Source: an uncultured Gammaproteobacteria bacterium (lineage in GTDB: Bacteria; Patescibacteriota; Microgenomatia; JALYQM01). Taken from it: a DNA stretch of 64,000 bases. Made by a program: the position numbers and the translations under genes. This document shows positions 38,128 to 46,516 of this stretch, piece after piece. The notes beneath the pieces are model-generated. The model was not told the origin of the DNA. It made no database searches and saw only the letters and a list, made by a program, of their open reading frames with translations. The stretch spans positions 896,680 to 960,679 of the forward strand of contig CAYOFQ010000001.1 in assembly GCA_964403585.1 (NCBI GenBank). Reading direction: 5' to 3'. Position 1 is the first letter of the stretch; the number at the start of each line of letters is the position of its first letter.

Positions 38128-38523
38128 ATGAAAACGATCGACAAATTGAGTTTCGTAACTATCAAGGACCGTAAAGTTTTATTTGTTTTAGAGAAAAATA
38201 ATACGATCTGGTATACCCCGGGTGGTAAGCGCGAAGAAGGTGAACTTGATCATGAAACCTTACTGCGCGAGACTAAAGAGGAACTAAATATCGATTTGGT
38301 TCCCGAATCCATTTCTCACATACATACGATAACCGTTGAGTCAGTCGATAAACCTGACGTGATGGTAAATCTTATCTGCTACACCGCAGAATATTCGGGA
38401 GAAATAAACCCTCAAAATGAAATTGAAAAAGTTGCCTATCTTACACATAGTGACACCCACCTTGTAGCACAAGGCGGGAATTTACTGCTTCAGTATTTAA
38501 AACAAAACAATCTTATTGATTAG
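38128..38523 (+). CDS. Nudix hydrolase
   Basis: 131 aa; Nudix box GGKREEGELDHETLLRETKEELNI (Gx5Ex7REUxEExGU). Confidence 0.7.
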   Translation: MKTIDKLSFVTIKDRKVLFVLEKNNTIWYTPGGKREEGELDHETLLRETKEELNIDLVPESISHIHTITVESVDKPDVMVNLICYTAEYSGEINPQNEIEKVAYLTHSDTHLVAQGGNLLLQYLKQNNLID

Positions 38524-38551
38524 TATTATTATTTTTTTATAGGAGAAATAT

Positions 38552-39289
38552 ATGAAAGTATATTTAGATAATTTTGGGTATCAAGTACATGGAGAGACTA
38601 TCGGTGAGATGTGGCTCTCATTGGTTGATGCAGTTATCTCACATGGCACCCATAGTTTAGACGAGGACCGCGACCGGATAGCCCTGCAAAATATTCGGGT
38701 CCGATCGTCACAACAGAACTTTGATGATCCAATCATCGCAAAGTACGGGAAAAAAGAAAATGTTGACGCAATCATCAATTTAACCTTTCAGGAAGCAAAA
38801 ATGACCGACATCGACATCAAGCCAAGCTTTAGCCCAGGAGCTAAAAGTTATTTCCAGCGCATTGTTGAAGGTCGAATGGTAGAGTTTGTGATTAAGCGGT
38901 TAAGCATGATTCCTGAAAGCAAAAAAGCGGTTATTGTCTTTCCTACATACGAAGACTACGAGGCAGTGCTGAAGACTCCAAAAGATGACTACTTACCATG
39001 TATTGTATCTATTCAGTTTAGACTGATGCCGGTTGAGAATGGTGCATATGTTCTTGATACCACATTCTATGCACGCTCACTTGATATTTTCCAAAAAGGG
39101 TACGGAAATTTTGTGGCTATCACATTGCTCTCAAAAAATATCGCCCAGGAAATATCTAAAAACCTGGGAGTTCCTGTTACCTTAGGCTTTCTCGACGGGC
39201 TTATTGCTGACGCTCATGTTTACGGTGAATTAACTACTAAAGCAGAAGAAACTTTGACACAGGCTAAAACCGACGGCGATTTAAAATAA
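38552..39289 (+). CDS. divergent thymidylate-synthase-fold enzyme (ThyA / dUMP-hydroxymethylase family)
   Basis: 245 aa. Aligns by eye to ThyA landmarks: DRDRIALQNIRVRS ~ DRTGTGTLSIFGHQMRF; ESKKAVIVFPT ~ DSRRIIVSAWN; catalytic-Cys region DYLPCIVSIQF ~ LAPCHAFFQF (His replaced by Ile); RSLDIFQKGYGNF ~ RSCDVFLGLPFNI (Asn kept, so uracil specificity); ADAHVY ~ GDTHLY. Confidence 0.55.
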   Translation: MKVYLDNFGYQVHGETIGEMWLSLVDAVISHGTHSLDEDRDRIALQNIRVRSSQQNFDDPIIAKYGKKENVDAIINLTFQEAKMTDIDIKPSFSPGAKSYFQRIVEGRMVEFVIKRLSMIPESKKAVIVFPTYEDYEAVLKTPKDDYLPCIVSIQFRLMPVENGAYVLDTTFYARSLDIFQKGYGNFVAITLLSKNIAQEISKNLGVPVTLGFLDGLIADAHVYGELTTKAEETLTQAKTDGDLK

Positions 39290-39376
39290 ATCAGAATCTG
39301 TACACTATCACGATATCTGTTACAAATTACTATAATGAGGCTTCTTTGCAAGCCTCATTATAGTATAAATAATTAG

Positions 39377-39952
39377 CTATTTATCCAGACTACATTGGCC
39401 AGTATGCCACGCACTAGGATTTACTGCATATAGTGTGCACCATAATTCCTTAGCCGTCTGAGTGTATAAGGTCGGAAAAATCTTAGCCTTCCTAAACTCA
39501 TACCAATTCTCTTTGAAACTATTACCCTGACTAGATTGTTCCATTATCTCCAAATCTACATCCAAACTATCCGCATCTCTTACAATTTTGGCTTCTTTCG
39601 ATTCCCTTTGTTCAAATTCAACCCATAATGCAAACAGTTCTGCCTGGAATACTGTGTCCGACAGAATATCTTGTAATGCACTATTATCGTTTCTGTTCGT
39701 GTAATACCTGGCAACATAATGGCAATCTCCGGTTCGAACTTCGGGCACGTCATGAATAAGAGCCATCTTCATAAGCTTTTCTGTATTTACTTTCTCCTCA
39801 TAGCTTGCTAGCGTTAAGGCTATCCATAACACTCGTAGCGTATGCTCACTAACATTGGCAACATGTGGAGCAAGAAATTGTCGCCAGGTACGCTGCACCA
39901 GACGTAAAGTTCCTATTTCATAGAGAAATACCGCATTTCTTTTGTAATTCAT
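39377..39952 (-). CDS. HD-domain 5'-deoxynucleotidase (YfbR-like)
   Basis: 191 aa; RTWRQ...NVSEHTLRV...ALIHDVPEVRTGD HD motif pattern typical of YfbR/HDDC2. Confidence 0.7.
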   Translation of the reverse strand: MNYKRNAVFLYEIGTLRLVQRTWRQFLAPHVANVSEHTLRVLWIALTLASYEEKVNTEKLMKMALIHDVPEVRTGDCHYVARYYTNRNDNSALQDILSDTVFQAELFALWVEFEQRESKEAKIVRDADSLDVDLEIMEQSSQGNSFKENWYEFRKAKIFPTLYTQTAKELWCTLYAVNPSAWHTGQCSLDK

Positions 39953-40053
39953 TAGTTACTTTGTAGTACAAATAACAGGAATAAAAAAGTCGAGACAACT
40001 TTAGTCGAGAAGAGTCGACTGGAATTTGAATAGAAATAAGATAATATAGGGGC

Positions 40054-40761
40054 ATGAAACATCCACATCCTACACAAATGGGGATTCTGAAGAAGTTAGT
40101 CTTTGCCGAGTCACTCAGGTATACGGAATTAAAACCCACCGAGGACCTGGAAAATAACACATTCGATTTCCATCTCGACCAATTAATAGCACAAAAATTT
40201 ATCGTTAAACACGACGGCAAGTACAAACTTACCAACATAGGCAAGGAATACGCAGGAAGAATGGATACCGAAAAAGCGCTTATAACCAACCAGGCAAAGG
40301 TATCAGTGCTTCTTTTTGCAACCAAGGAGATTAACGGCGAATTGTATTATCTTATTTACACCCGACTAAAACAACCGTTTTACGGCGCTCAAGGTCTCAT
40401 TTCCGGGAAGGTCGGGTGGGGAGAGAAAATAATTGACGCCGCCGAACGCGAACTGTTTGAAGAGTCAGGATTAGTAGGCAAAGCAGAAATTGCAGGGATG
40501 AGACACTACATGGTAAAAAACGAAAATACCACTGAACTACTAGATGACAAAATGATGTTTTTTTGTATTTTCCGTAATCCGCGTGGGGAAATAGTCGCAG
40601 GAGACGAGGGTCGCTATGAGTGGGTAGCGCAAAGTAAAATAAATTCGTTCATTACAAAACCTATAGAAGATGATTTGGATATTTTGTTTGATAACCTGAA
40701 CAAATACAATGGTACGAACCTTTTTATAGAAGAATTTGAACATGTTACAGATAAATTCTAA
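40054..40761 (+). CDS. winged-helix-Nudix fusion protein
   Basis: 235 aa; N-terminal ~70 aa wHTH-like (GILKKLVFAESLRYTEL), C-terminal Nudix box GKVGWGEKIIDAAERELFEESGL. Confidence 0.65.
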   Translation: MKHPHPTQMGILKKLVFAESLRYTELKPTEDLENNTFDFHLDQLIAQKFIVKHDGKYKLTNIGKEYAGRMDTEKALITNQAKVSVLLFATKEINGELYYLIYTRLKQPFYGAQGLISGKVGWGEKIIDAAERELFEESGLVGKAEIAGMRHYMVKNENTTELLDDKMMFFCIFRNPRGEIVAGDEGRYEWVAQSKINSFITKPIEDDLDILFDNLNKYNGTNLFIEEFEHVTDKF

Positions 40762-40781
40762 TCTGATATAATCCCTCAAGT

Positions 40782-41861
40782 ATGGAAATCGGCATCGTCG
40801 GCCTGCCCAATGTAGGCAAATCAACATTATTTAACGCCCTGCTCAAAAAGCAGGTCGCCTTAGCCGCGAACTATCCCTTCGCAACCATCGAACCAAACAC
40901 CGGCATTGTTGACGTTCCTGATGACCGGCTCGAAGCACTTAAAGGTGTGATCGAGAAATCCGAAGGACTGGAAAAAGGCTTCAAAATAATCCCTGCAACC
41001 ATAAAGTTCATTGATATCGCCGGAATAGTCAAAGGTGCCTCTGAAGGACAAGGACTTGGCAACAAATTTCTCAGCCATATCCGTGAAGTGGACGCCATTG
41101 CCCAGGTCGTGCGCGAATTCTCCGATGCCGATGTAGTCCAAGCAGGGGAGAACCCCAAGTCCGATATCGAAACCATTAACACCGAGCTCATCCTTGCCGA
41201 TATGGACACTATGACTAAGCTCATCGATAACGCAACCACTGACCTCAAGCGGGTCACCATGGACAAAGCAACTACTCAAATGCGCATTGATGCGCTAAAA
41301 CGGATTAAGGAATCTCTCGATGCCGGGAAGCTTGCTTCCGAAACAAAGTTAACCGATGAAGAAAAAAACGCTCTCGGCAATCTACCGCTCATTACGACCA
41401 AGCCAATGATCTACGTCTATAACGTCGACGAAACTGAGGCTGCACGGGAAGCCGCGAATGAAAACGAACTCATTATTTCAGCAAAAATCGAATCTGAGCT
41501 TGCTAACCTCGACGACGCAGAATCACAAGAGTATCTCGATTCACTCGGGCTCAAACAGTCAGGTTTGCATAGACTTGCACTAAAGGCCTACCAGATTCTT
41601 GGCCTGCAAAGCTTCCTCACCGCCGGCCCGAAGGAAGTTCGAGCGTGGACAATCAAAAAAGGCACCAAAGCACCCAAAGCCGCGGCGATTATTCATACCG
41701 ACTTCGAAAAGGGATTTATCAAAGCCGAAACCATCCACTGGGAGAAACTGGTTGAAGCCGGAAGCTATGCCAAAGCCCGCGAAAACGGCTGGTTACGCAT
41801 TGAAGGAAAAGAGTACGTCGTCCACGACGGCGACGTTATCGAGTTTAAGGTTAATGCCTAG
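40782..41861 (+). CDS. ychF: ribosome-binding ATPase YchF
   Basis: 359 aa; MEIGIVGLPNVGKSTLFNAL G1, Obg-like GTPase core, C-terminal TGS domain (VRAWTIKKGTKAPKAAAIIHTDFEKGFIKAE). Confidence 0.9.
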   Translation: MEIGIVGLPNVGKSTLFNALLKKQVALAANYPFATIEPNTGIVDVPDDRLEALKGVIEKSEGLEKGFKIIPATIKFIDIAGIVKGASEGQGLGNKFLSHIREVDAIAQVVREFSDADVVQAGENPKSDIETINTELILADMDTMTKLIDNATTDLKRVTMDKATTQMRIDALKRIKESLDAGKLASETKLTDEEKNALGNLPLITTKPMIYVYNVDETEAAREAANENELIISAKIESELANLDDAESQEYLDSLGLKQSGLHRLALKAYQILGLQSFLTAGPKEVRAWTIKKGTKAPKAAAIIHTDFEKGFIKAETIHWEKLVEAGSYAKARENGWLRIEGKEYVVHDGDVIEFKVNA

Positions 41862-41878
41862 TACTATATACTGATACT

Positions 41879-42268
41879 ATGTCCCGTCAGTCAGCCAAAT
41901 ATATAGTTATTACTCTGTTACGCTGGTCAATTATTCTCCCGACAGCTATTACCGTCTCGGTTACATTCTTATATTGGCTTATTTATCAGCCAACAGGGTG
42001 GGGAGTCCTAACAATCTTCCTGATAGCATACTACACAGTGCTATTAAGCGGTATCATCTGTAATGCCGTTGTTTTACGACATATTTACAACCACCTTCAG
42101 AGCAAATACCCCCAACTCGTCTATAATGCCGGAAAATACTATTTTATCCTGCTTTTTGGATATTTCTGCCTCATACCGCTACTCGGATTCGGAGTACTTG
42201 CGTTATTTACCATAGCTAACCCTATAATTATTATACTTTCCATTATTCTGGCAGAATTCGTCCATTAG
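41879..42268 (+). CDS. hypothetical 4-TM membrane protein (tandem paralog A)
   Basis: 129 aa; shares TM topology and spaced motifs with the next gene. Confidence 0.45.
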   Translation: MSRQSAKYIVITLLRWSIILPTAITVSVTFLYWLIYQPTGWGVLTIFLIAYYTVLLSGIICNAVVLRHIYNHLQSKYPQLVYNAGKYYFILLFGYFCLIPLLGFGVLALFTIANPIIIILSIILAEFVH

Positions 42269-42275
42269 GAGCTCT

Positions 42276-42692
42276 ATGAACAAAAAGGATTGGGACAACC
42301 AAATTTTAAAAGTACTAGTCAAATGGTGCTTCTTCTACCCGCTGGGAGCAGCTGTTACTGTCGCGGCGCTCCTGACGCTGGCCGGCGGACATTTCGACGG
42401 GTGGGCGCTGGTGGGGGCAATTTTCATCGGTTATTACGCATTATTGGTACTGGGAACCGTCGGCAACCTCAACGCGGTAGGCAAAACTTACACCATTCTC
42501 GAACAACAGGAGCCCAAAATCCTTAATAAAGTTGTCCTGTACTATTGCCTGATCATGGGTACCTATTTGTGCTTACTTCCATTCATGATCAGCATTTGGT
42601 TCCTCGGGTTTCTGATTATTAACCCCGGAACTATCCTGTTATCCATCACCATAGCTACGCTCATTGAACCTAAAAAGAAAAACGGACGGTAA
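42276..42692 (+). CDS. hypothetical 4-TM membrane protein (tandem paralog B)
   Basis: 138 aa; paralog of 41879-42268; N-terminal half (42300-42530) is conspicuously GC-rich. Confidence 0.45.
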   Translation: MNKKDWDNQILKVLVKWCFFYPLGAAVTVAALLTLAGGHFDGWALVGAIFIGYYALLVLGTVGNLNAVGKTYTILEQQEPKILNKVVLYYCLIMGTYLCLLPFMISIWFLGFLIINPGTILLSITIATLIEPKKKNGR

Positions 42693-42704
42693 CTTACCTG
42701 AAAC

Positions 42705-42733
42705 TTGCGTTTTTCCCTCAAAGATGATATATT
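42705..42733 (+). promoter_or_regulatory. candidate sigma70-like promoter of rpsF-ssb-rpsR operon (TTGCGT-17-TATATT)
   Basis: -35/-10 hexamers with 17-nt spacer ~85 nt upstream of the rpsF ATG; inverted repeat TTGGCC...GGCCAA in the leader. Confidence 0.4.
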
Positions 42734-42818
42734 CTCCCAAGTCTAAGCCCGATTTGGCCACTATTTAAGGCCAAACGTCCAATTATCCTAAGGCTCAGAC
42801 AAGAAAGGATTATAGTTA

Positions 42819-43106
42819 ATGGATAAGTACGAACTTACCGTCATCGTACGGCCGGAGCTTACCGAAGAAGAGCGCGATAAGGTCCTGAGTAAAGTAGAAG
42901 AGCTCATTACCACCCCTGGTGGAACCATTCTCTCCCGCGACATGTGGGGACGCCGGGAATTGGCCTATCCCATCAAAAAGTACACCGAAGGGGTCTACGT
43001 ATTATTCACATTCAATTCAGAAAGAACACCAATCAAAGATATTGACTACAGAGTCAAAATCAACGACGATATCATCAGATATTTACTTGTTAAAGCTGAC
43101 AAATAA
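42819..43106 (+). CDS. rpsF: 30S ribosomal protein S6
   Basis: 95 aa; MDKYELTVIVRPELTEEE...ILSRDMWGRRELAYPIKK typical S6. Confidence 0.9.
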   Translation: MDKYELTVIVRPELTEEERDKVLSKVEELITTPGGTILSRDMWGRRELAYPIKKYTEGVYVLFTFNSERTPIKDIDYRVKINDDIIRYLLVKADK

Positions 43107-43121
43107 GAGGAGGAAAGAGGT

Positions 43122-43598
43122 ATGGCTTCACGATCATTAAATAAGGTTCAGTTAATTGGTAATTTGACAAGAGATCCCGAACTCAAATACATTCAACAGG
43201 GAAATGCGGTTTGTACATTCGGCTTAGCAACTAATCGGTCCTGGGTACCTTCAGAAGGTCAGGAACGACGCGAAGAGACAGAATATCACAAATTAGTCGC
43301 CTGGGGTAAACTTGCCGAACTCTGCTCCCAGCTTCTTACCAAAGGCCGCAAGGTCTACATTGAAGGTCGCCTGCAAACACGTAACTGGGAAACAGCCGAC
43401 GGACAGCAGCGCAGCACAACCGAAATTGTTGTTGAGGACATGATTCTTTTGGACAGCAAGAAACCGGAAAGCTCCGGTGCGACACGCATGGATGACATGC
43501 AGGACGACGTTACTCCTCCGGTAGGGGACGCAGTAGCTCCCAAAGCTTCACGCGATCCAATGGATGAGAAAATTAATATTGATGACATACCGTTTTAA
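43122..43598 (+). CDS. ssb: single-stranded DNA-binding protein
   Basis: 158 aa; OB-fold N-terminus (KVQLIGNLTRDPELKY...), Gly/Pro-poor acidic tail ending DDIPF. Confidence 0.9.
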   Translation: MASRSLNKVQLIGNLTRDPELKYIQQGNAVCTFGLATNRSWVPSEGQERREETEYHKLVAWGKLAELCSQLLTKGRKVYIEGRLQTRNWETADGQQRSTTEIVVEDMILLDSKKPESSGATRMDDMQDDVTPPVGDAVAPKASRDPMDEKINIDDIPF

Positions 43599-43609
43599 AG
43601 GATTATTAT

Positions 43610-43840
43610 ATGGCAATGCAAAGAAAAACATATTTCAAAAAGAGAACATGCCAATTCACGGAAGAGGGTGTTACTCCGGATTACAAAGATATCAACCGCT
43701 TAAAGAAACTCGTTTCCGACCGCGGGAAGATCCTTCCTAAGGCTCGCACCGGTACTTCCAGCAAGTACCAGCGACAGGTAGCGATCGCCGTCAAACGCGC
43801 TCGTCACCTGGCACTCCTCCCATTCGTGGCACGAGGATAA
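43610..43840 (+). CDS. rpsR: 30S ribosomal protein S18
   Basis: 76 aa; CQFTEEGV...YKDINRLKKLVSDRGKILPKARTG...QRQVAIAVKRARHLALLPF. Confidence 0.9.
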   Translation: MAMQRKTYFKKRTCQFTEEGVTPDYKDINRLKKLVSDRGKILPKARTGTSSKYQRQVAIAVKRARHLALLPFVARG

Positions 43841-43864
43841 GCCCTACGTAAACAAAAAACAGAA

Positions 43865-43891
43865 AGCTCCGGACCACCCGGAGCTTTTTTG
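43865..43891 (+). terminator. rho-independent terminator after rpsR
   Basis: AGCTCCGG-ACCAC-CCGGAGCT stem-loop followed by TTTTTTG. Confidence 0.65.
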
Positions 43892-44752
43892 TACTAGAAA
43901 TAAAAATGACCTATAGTATTGGAATTTAGGTTAGAAAATGATAACTATGCTGGCTTTTATAGGTATTCCCTTAATTGAAAGGGAGAGCACTTATTATGGC
44001 CGGGTTCAAAAAAGAGCTCGAAATGTTCATTAACAACGAGTAAGCAAACACGTAATATCTCCCTCGCAGTACTATTTTCAAGTAGAGGAGCTTAAATCTA
44101 TGAACTTTCGTAGTTTTAAATTCGTCTATTTGAAAAACAAGTTATAGAACAGAAGGGAGCTCAATGTGAGGACGCTAATCCTAGGCCAACCAGCGTTCGT
44201 AGACGGAGTTCTTAGTGGCAAACTAACCCCAGATAAGCTAAATAACTCGATCATGTATTTTCGGTTGGACGTACCACGCAGGAATGACTCGGGTACTAGC
44301 AGCAGGGATCGACGGTTCATGGTGGATCATGATCAACCAACTACATAGTGCTACTATCGAAGGACGAATCCGCTGGCGAGCTGAACATGAAATGGCATGC
44401 TTCGATCACCTGGTCGGGCTACTGCAAACCCATGGCTACACGCTAGTCATTCCTCCCGACATTTCCTACTACACTCACCGAACTGCCGCTCAACTCGTTC
44501 GCGAGCAGCTTGGCAACCACTTCGAGGTTGTTGTCATTGAGTAGCTCACCCTACGGAACTACACACCGAGTACGCAAGAGAGAGCAGGAGATATTACGTA
44601 AAAAACGTGAATACCTTAAGGCTGTTGAAGCTTTAATGTGTTTATTATTTTTTGTAATAGTTCCTTACCTGTCTTGCTTACTCGTTGTGTAGTTAATTTC
44701 AGTAAATCACCCCCAACTTGACGCTACCCTCCAAACCTTCTAATCTATACCT

Positions 44753-45427
44753 ATGTGGACCTCACAAGAAATCGCCGCGGTTTCGCCTATCGCTATTCAA
44801 AAACGCCTGCCTTTCGCGATCAGTCTGAACGAAATCAGTAATTACATCGGTAATTACTCATTAACCCCCAGTGGCGTACCGACAACCGCCCGCAGCAAAT
44901 ACATCTTACAAGCCATAGTCAAAGAAATATTAACCGCACAACAAAAAATTGAAACCAAAGAAACCTGTATTATTCCTGAAGAAATTTGTACCGTATCCGC
45001 CTCTGACGATGAATGCTGCAGTATCTGCATCGACAGCATGCAACTCCCGGATATCTGCAACATTAAGAAAACCAAAGACGGCGAAATTTTAGCCACGCTC
45101 TTGCAAATCCATCCCGAAAACGGGGCTGCCCGAGGACTCTGTATTATCGATTTCGAATTAACCGAAAAACAGGTCATTCACTTATCCGCACAGCAACTCA
45201 TCAAAATTCCAACACCACCACAAACCCAATTACATATTTCCCTGGCGCTAACCAAAGGCACCACGTCAATCATGCAGAACAAATCCTTCCCGATACCACG
45301 CAGCAAACTTGGATTAATTATTGATACCCGGGAAAATGATGTCCTGGTCAGATCATCAACCGAGGCATCCAAAAAATTATCTGCAGCCTGGCTGGAAAGT
45401 TTCGACCTGATATACAACGAAGGATAA
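44753..45427 (+). CDS. hypothetical protein (Cys-rich central segment)
   Basis: 224 aa; no recognisable family; CIIPEEICTVSASDDECCSICIDSMQLPDICN cluster. Confidence 0.4.
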   Translation: MWTSQEIAAVSPIAIQKRLPFAISLNEISNYIGNYSLTPSGVPTTARSKYILQAIVKEILTAQQKIETKETCIIPEEICTVSASDDECCSICIDSMQLPDICNIKKTKDGEILATLLQIHPENGAARGLCIIDFELTEKQVIHLSAQQLIKIPTPPQTQLHISLALTKGTTSIMQNKSFPIPRSKLGLIIDTRENDVLVRSSTEASKKLSAAWLESFDLIYNEG

Positions 45428-45430
45428 ACA

Positions 45431-46477
45431 ATGAAACCCTTGTACCGGATACAAAAAGTAAATAAAAAAATAATCTCCCGCAAACTCCCCGGCCGGGGAA
45501 AAATCTTCGTTGAAGTAGGAGAGCAGGTCACACCTGCAGATTTGCTCGGAGAATATAAACAGGCCGCCGGATTTCATATTGTTAACACCGCGTTGCAGCT
45601 TGGAGTTGCACCCAATAAAGCCGCCAACTATATTATCCGCAAAGTAGGGGAACACATTTTCAAAGGTGAAATTCTGGCCGAACGCAAACAAATGTTCAAA
45701 AAGGAATCCGACCGAGTATATGCTTCAATCGACGGAACCATCGACAATATCAACGAAAAGACCGGACAAATAATGTTTAAGATAACCAAGAAGGCGGAAG
45801 GGATTCCTGCCGGCGTGTGGGGAAAAGTTGTCAATATTTCCGACAGTGCTTCCGTGGATATCGAAACTCAGGTGGTACAAATACAAGGGAAACTCGGTCG
45901 TGGATTCGAACGCGAAGGAAGTATCAAAATAATTGCCAGCAAACACGAAGTGATCAAAGAACATATGATCAAAGAAGAACACGCAGGGAAAATACTCATT
46001 GGCGGAAGCATGTTGCCGAAAACAGCCATCGCCCGTGCCATCAATCTTGGCGTTATGGGAATTATAACCGGCGGCATTGATTACCAGGACCTCATTGCCA
46101 TCGGCGAGCAAAGTGATATCGGTATCACCATCATCGCGCTGGAGGGATACGGAACCATTTCAATCAATAGCGACCTGTATGATCAATTGATGAAGTACGA
46201 AAATTACTACAGTTTCATCAATGGCCAGGATCATACGCTGGTTATTCCACTCGATAAAACTGATGAAAAAGAAATTAAAAAGGAAGAAGACAAAAATATT
46301 ACCGTTGATACCAAAGTTCGTATCGTTTTTGATCAGGATATCGGACAAATCGGCAGCGTTACGCAGCTGATCGAAAACTACACCTTCCGTTCAGGAATTA
46401 CAGCACCGGCATTGAAGATTGCCTATAATAATAACGAATACGTTATTCCGCAAAGCAATGTTGAGATCCTGGAATAA
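45431..46477 (+). CDS. hypothetical protein
   Basis: 348 aa. N-terminal barrel-sandwich/hybrid-like segment (GKIFVEVGEQVTPADLLGEY...KGEILAERKQ) and a Gly-rich core LIGGSMLPKTAIARAINLGVMGIITGG; 4 nt after the previous gene, likely co-translated. Confidence 0.4.
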   Translation: MKPLYRIQKVNKKIISRKLPGRGKIFVEVGEQVTPADLLGEYKQAAGFHIVNTALQLGVAPNKAANYIIRKVGEHIFKGEILAERKQMFKKESDRVYASIDGTIDNINEKTGQIMFKITKKAEGIPAGVWGKVVNISDSASVDIETQVVQIQGKLGRGFEREGSIKIIASKHEVIKEHMIKEEHAGKILIGGSMLPKTAIARAINLGVMGIITGGIDYQDLIAIGEQSDIGITIIALEGYGTISINSDLYDQLMKYENYYSFINGQDHTLVIPLDKTDEKEIKKEEDKNITVDTKVRIVFDQDIGQIGSVTQLIENYTFRSGITAPALKIAYNNNEYVIPQSNVEILE

Positions 46478-46516
46478 ATCTAGACAAGAAGCCATGTTAT
46501 CTATACAATAGCTCTT

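Noticed and set aside
43900-44750. tmRNA (ssrA) or RNase P RNA in the GC-rich noncoding tract
   Set aside because: No tRNA-like T-arm (GGTTCGANTCC) with a 3' acceptor end, no ANDENYALAA-type tag frame, and no RNase P CR-I/CR-IV/CR-V consensus could be found by eye; kept only as an unclassified candidate ncRNA.
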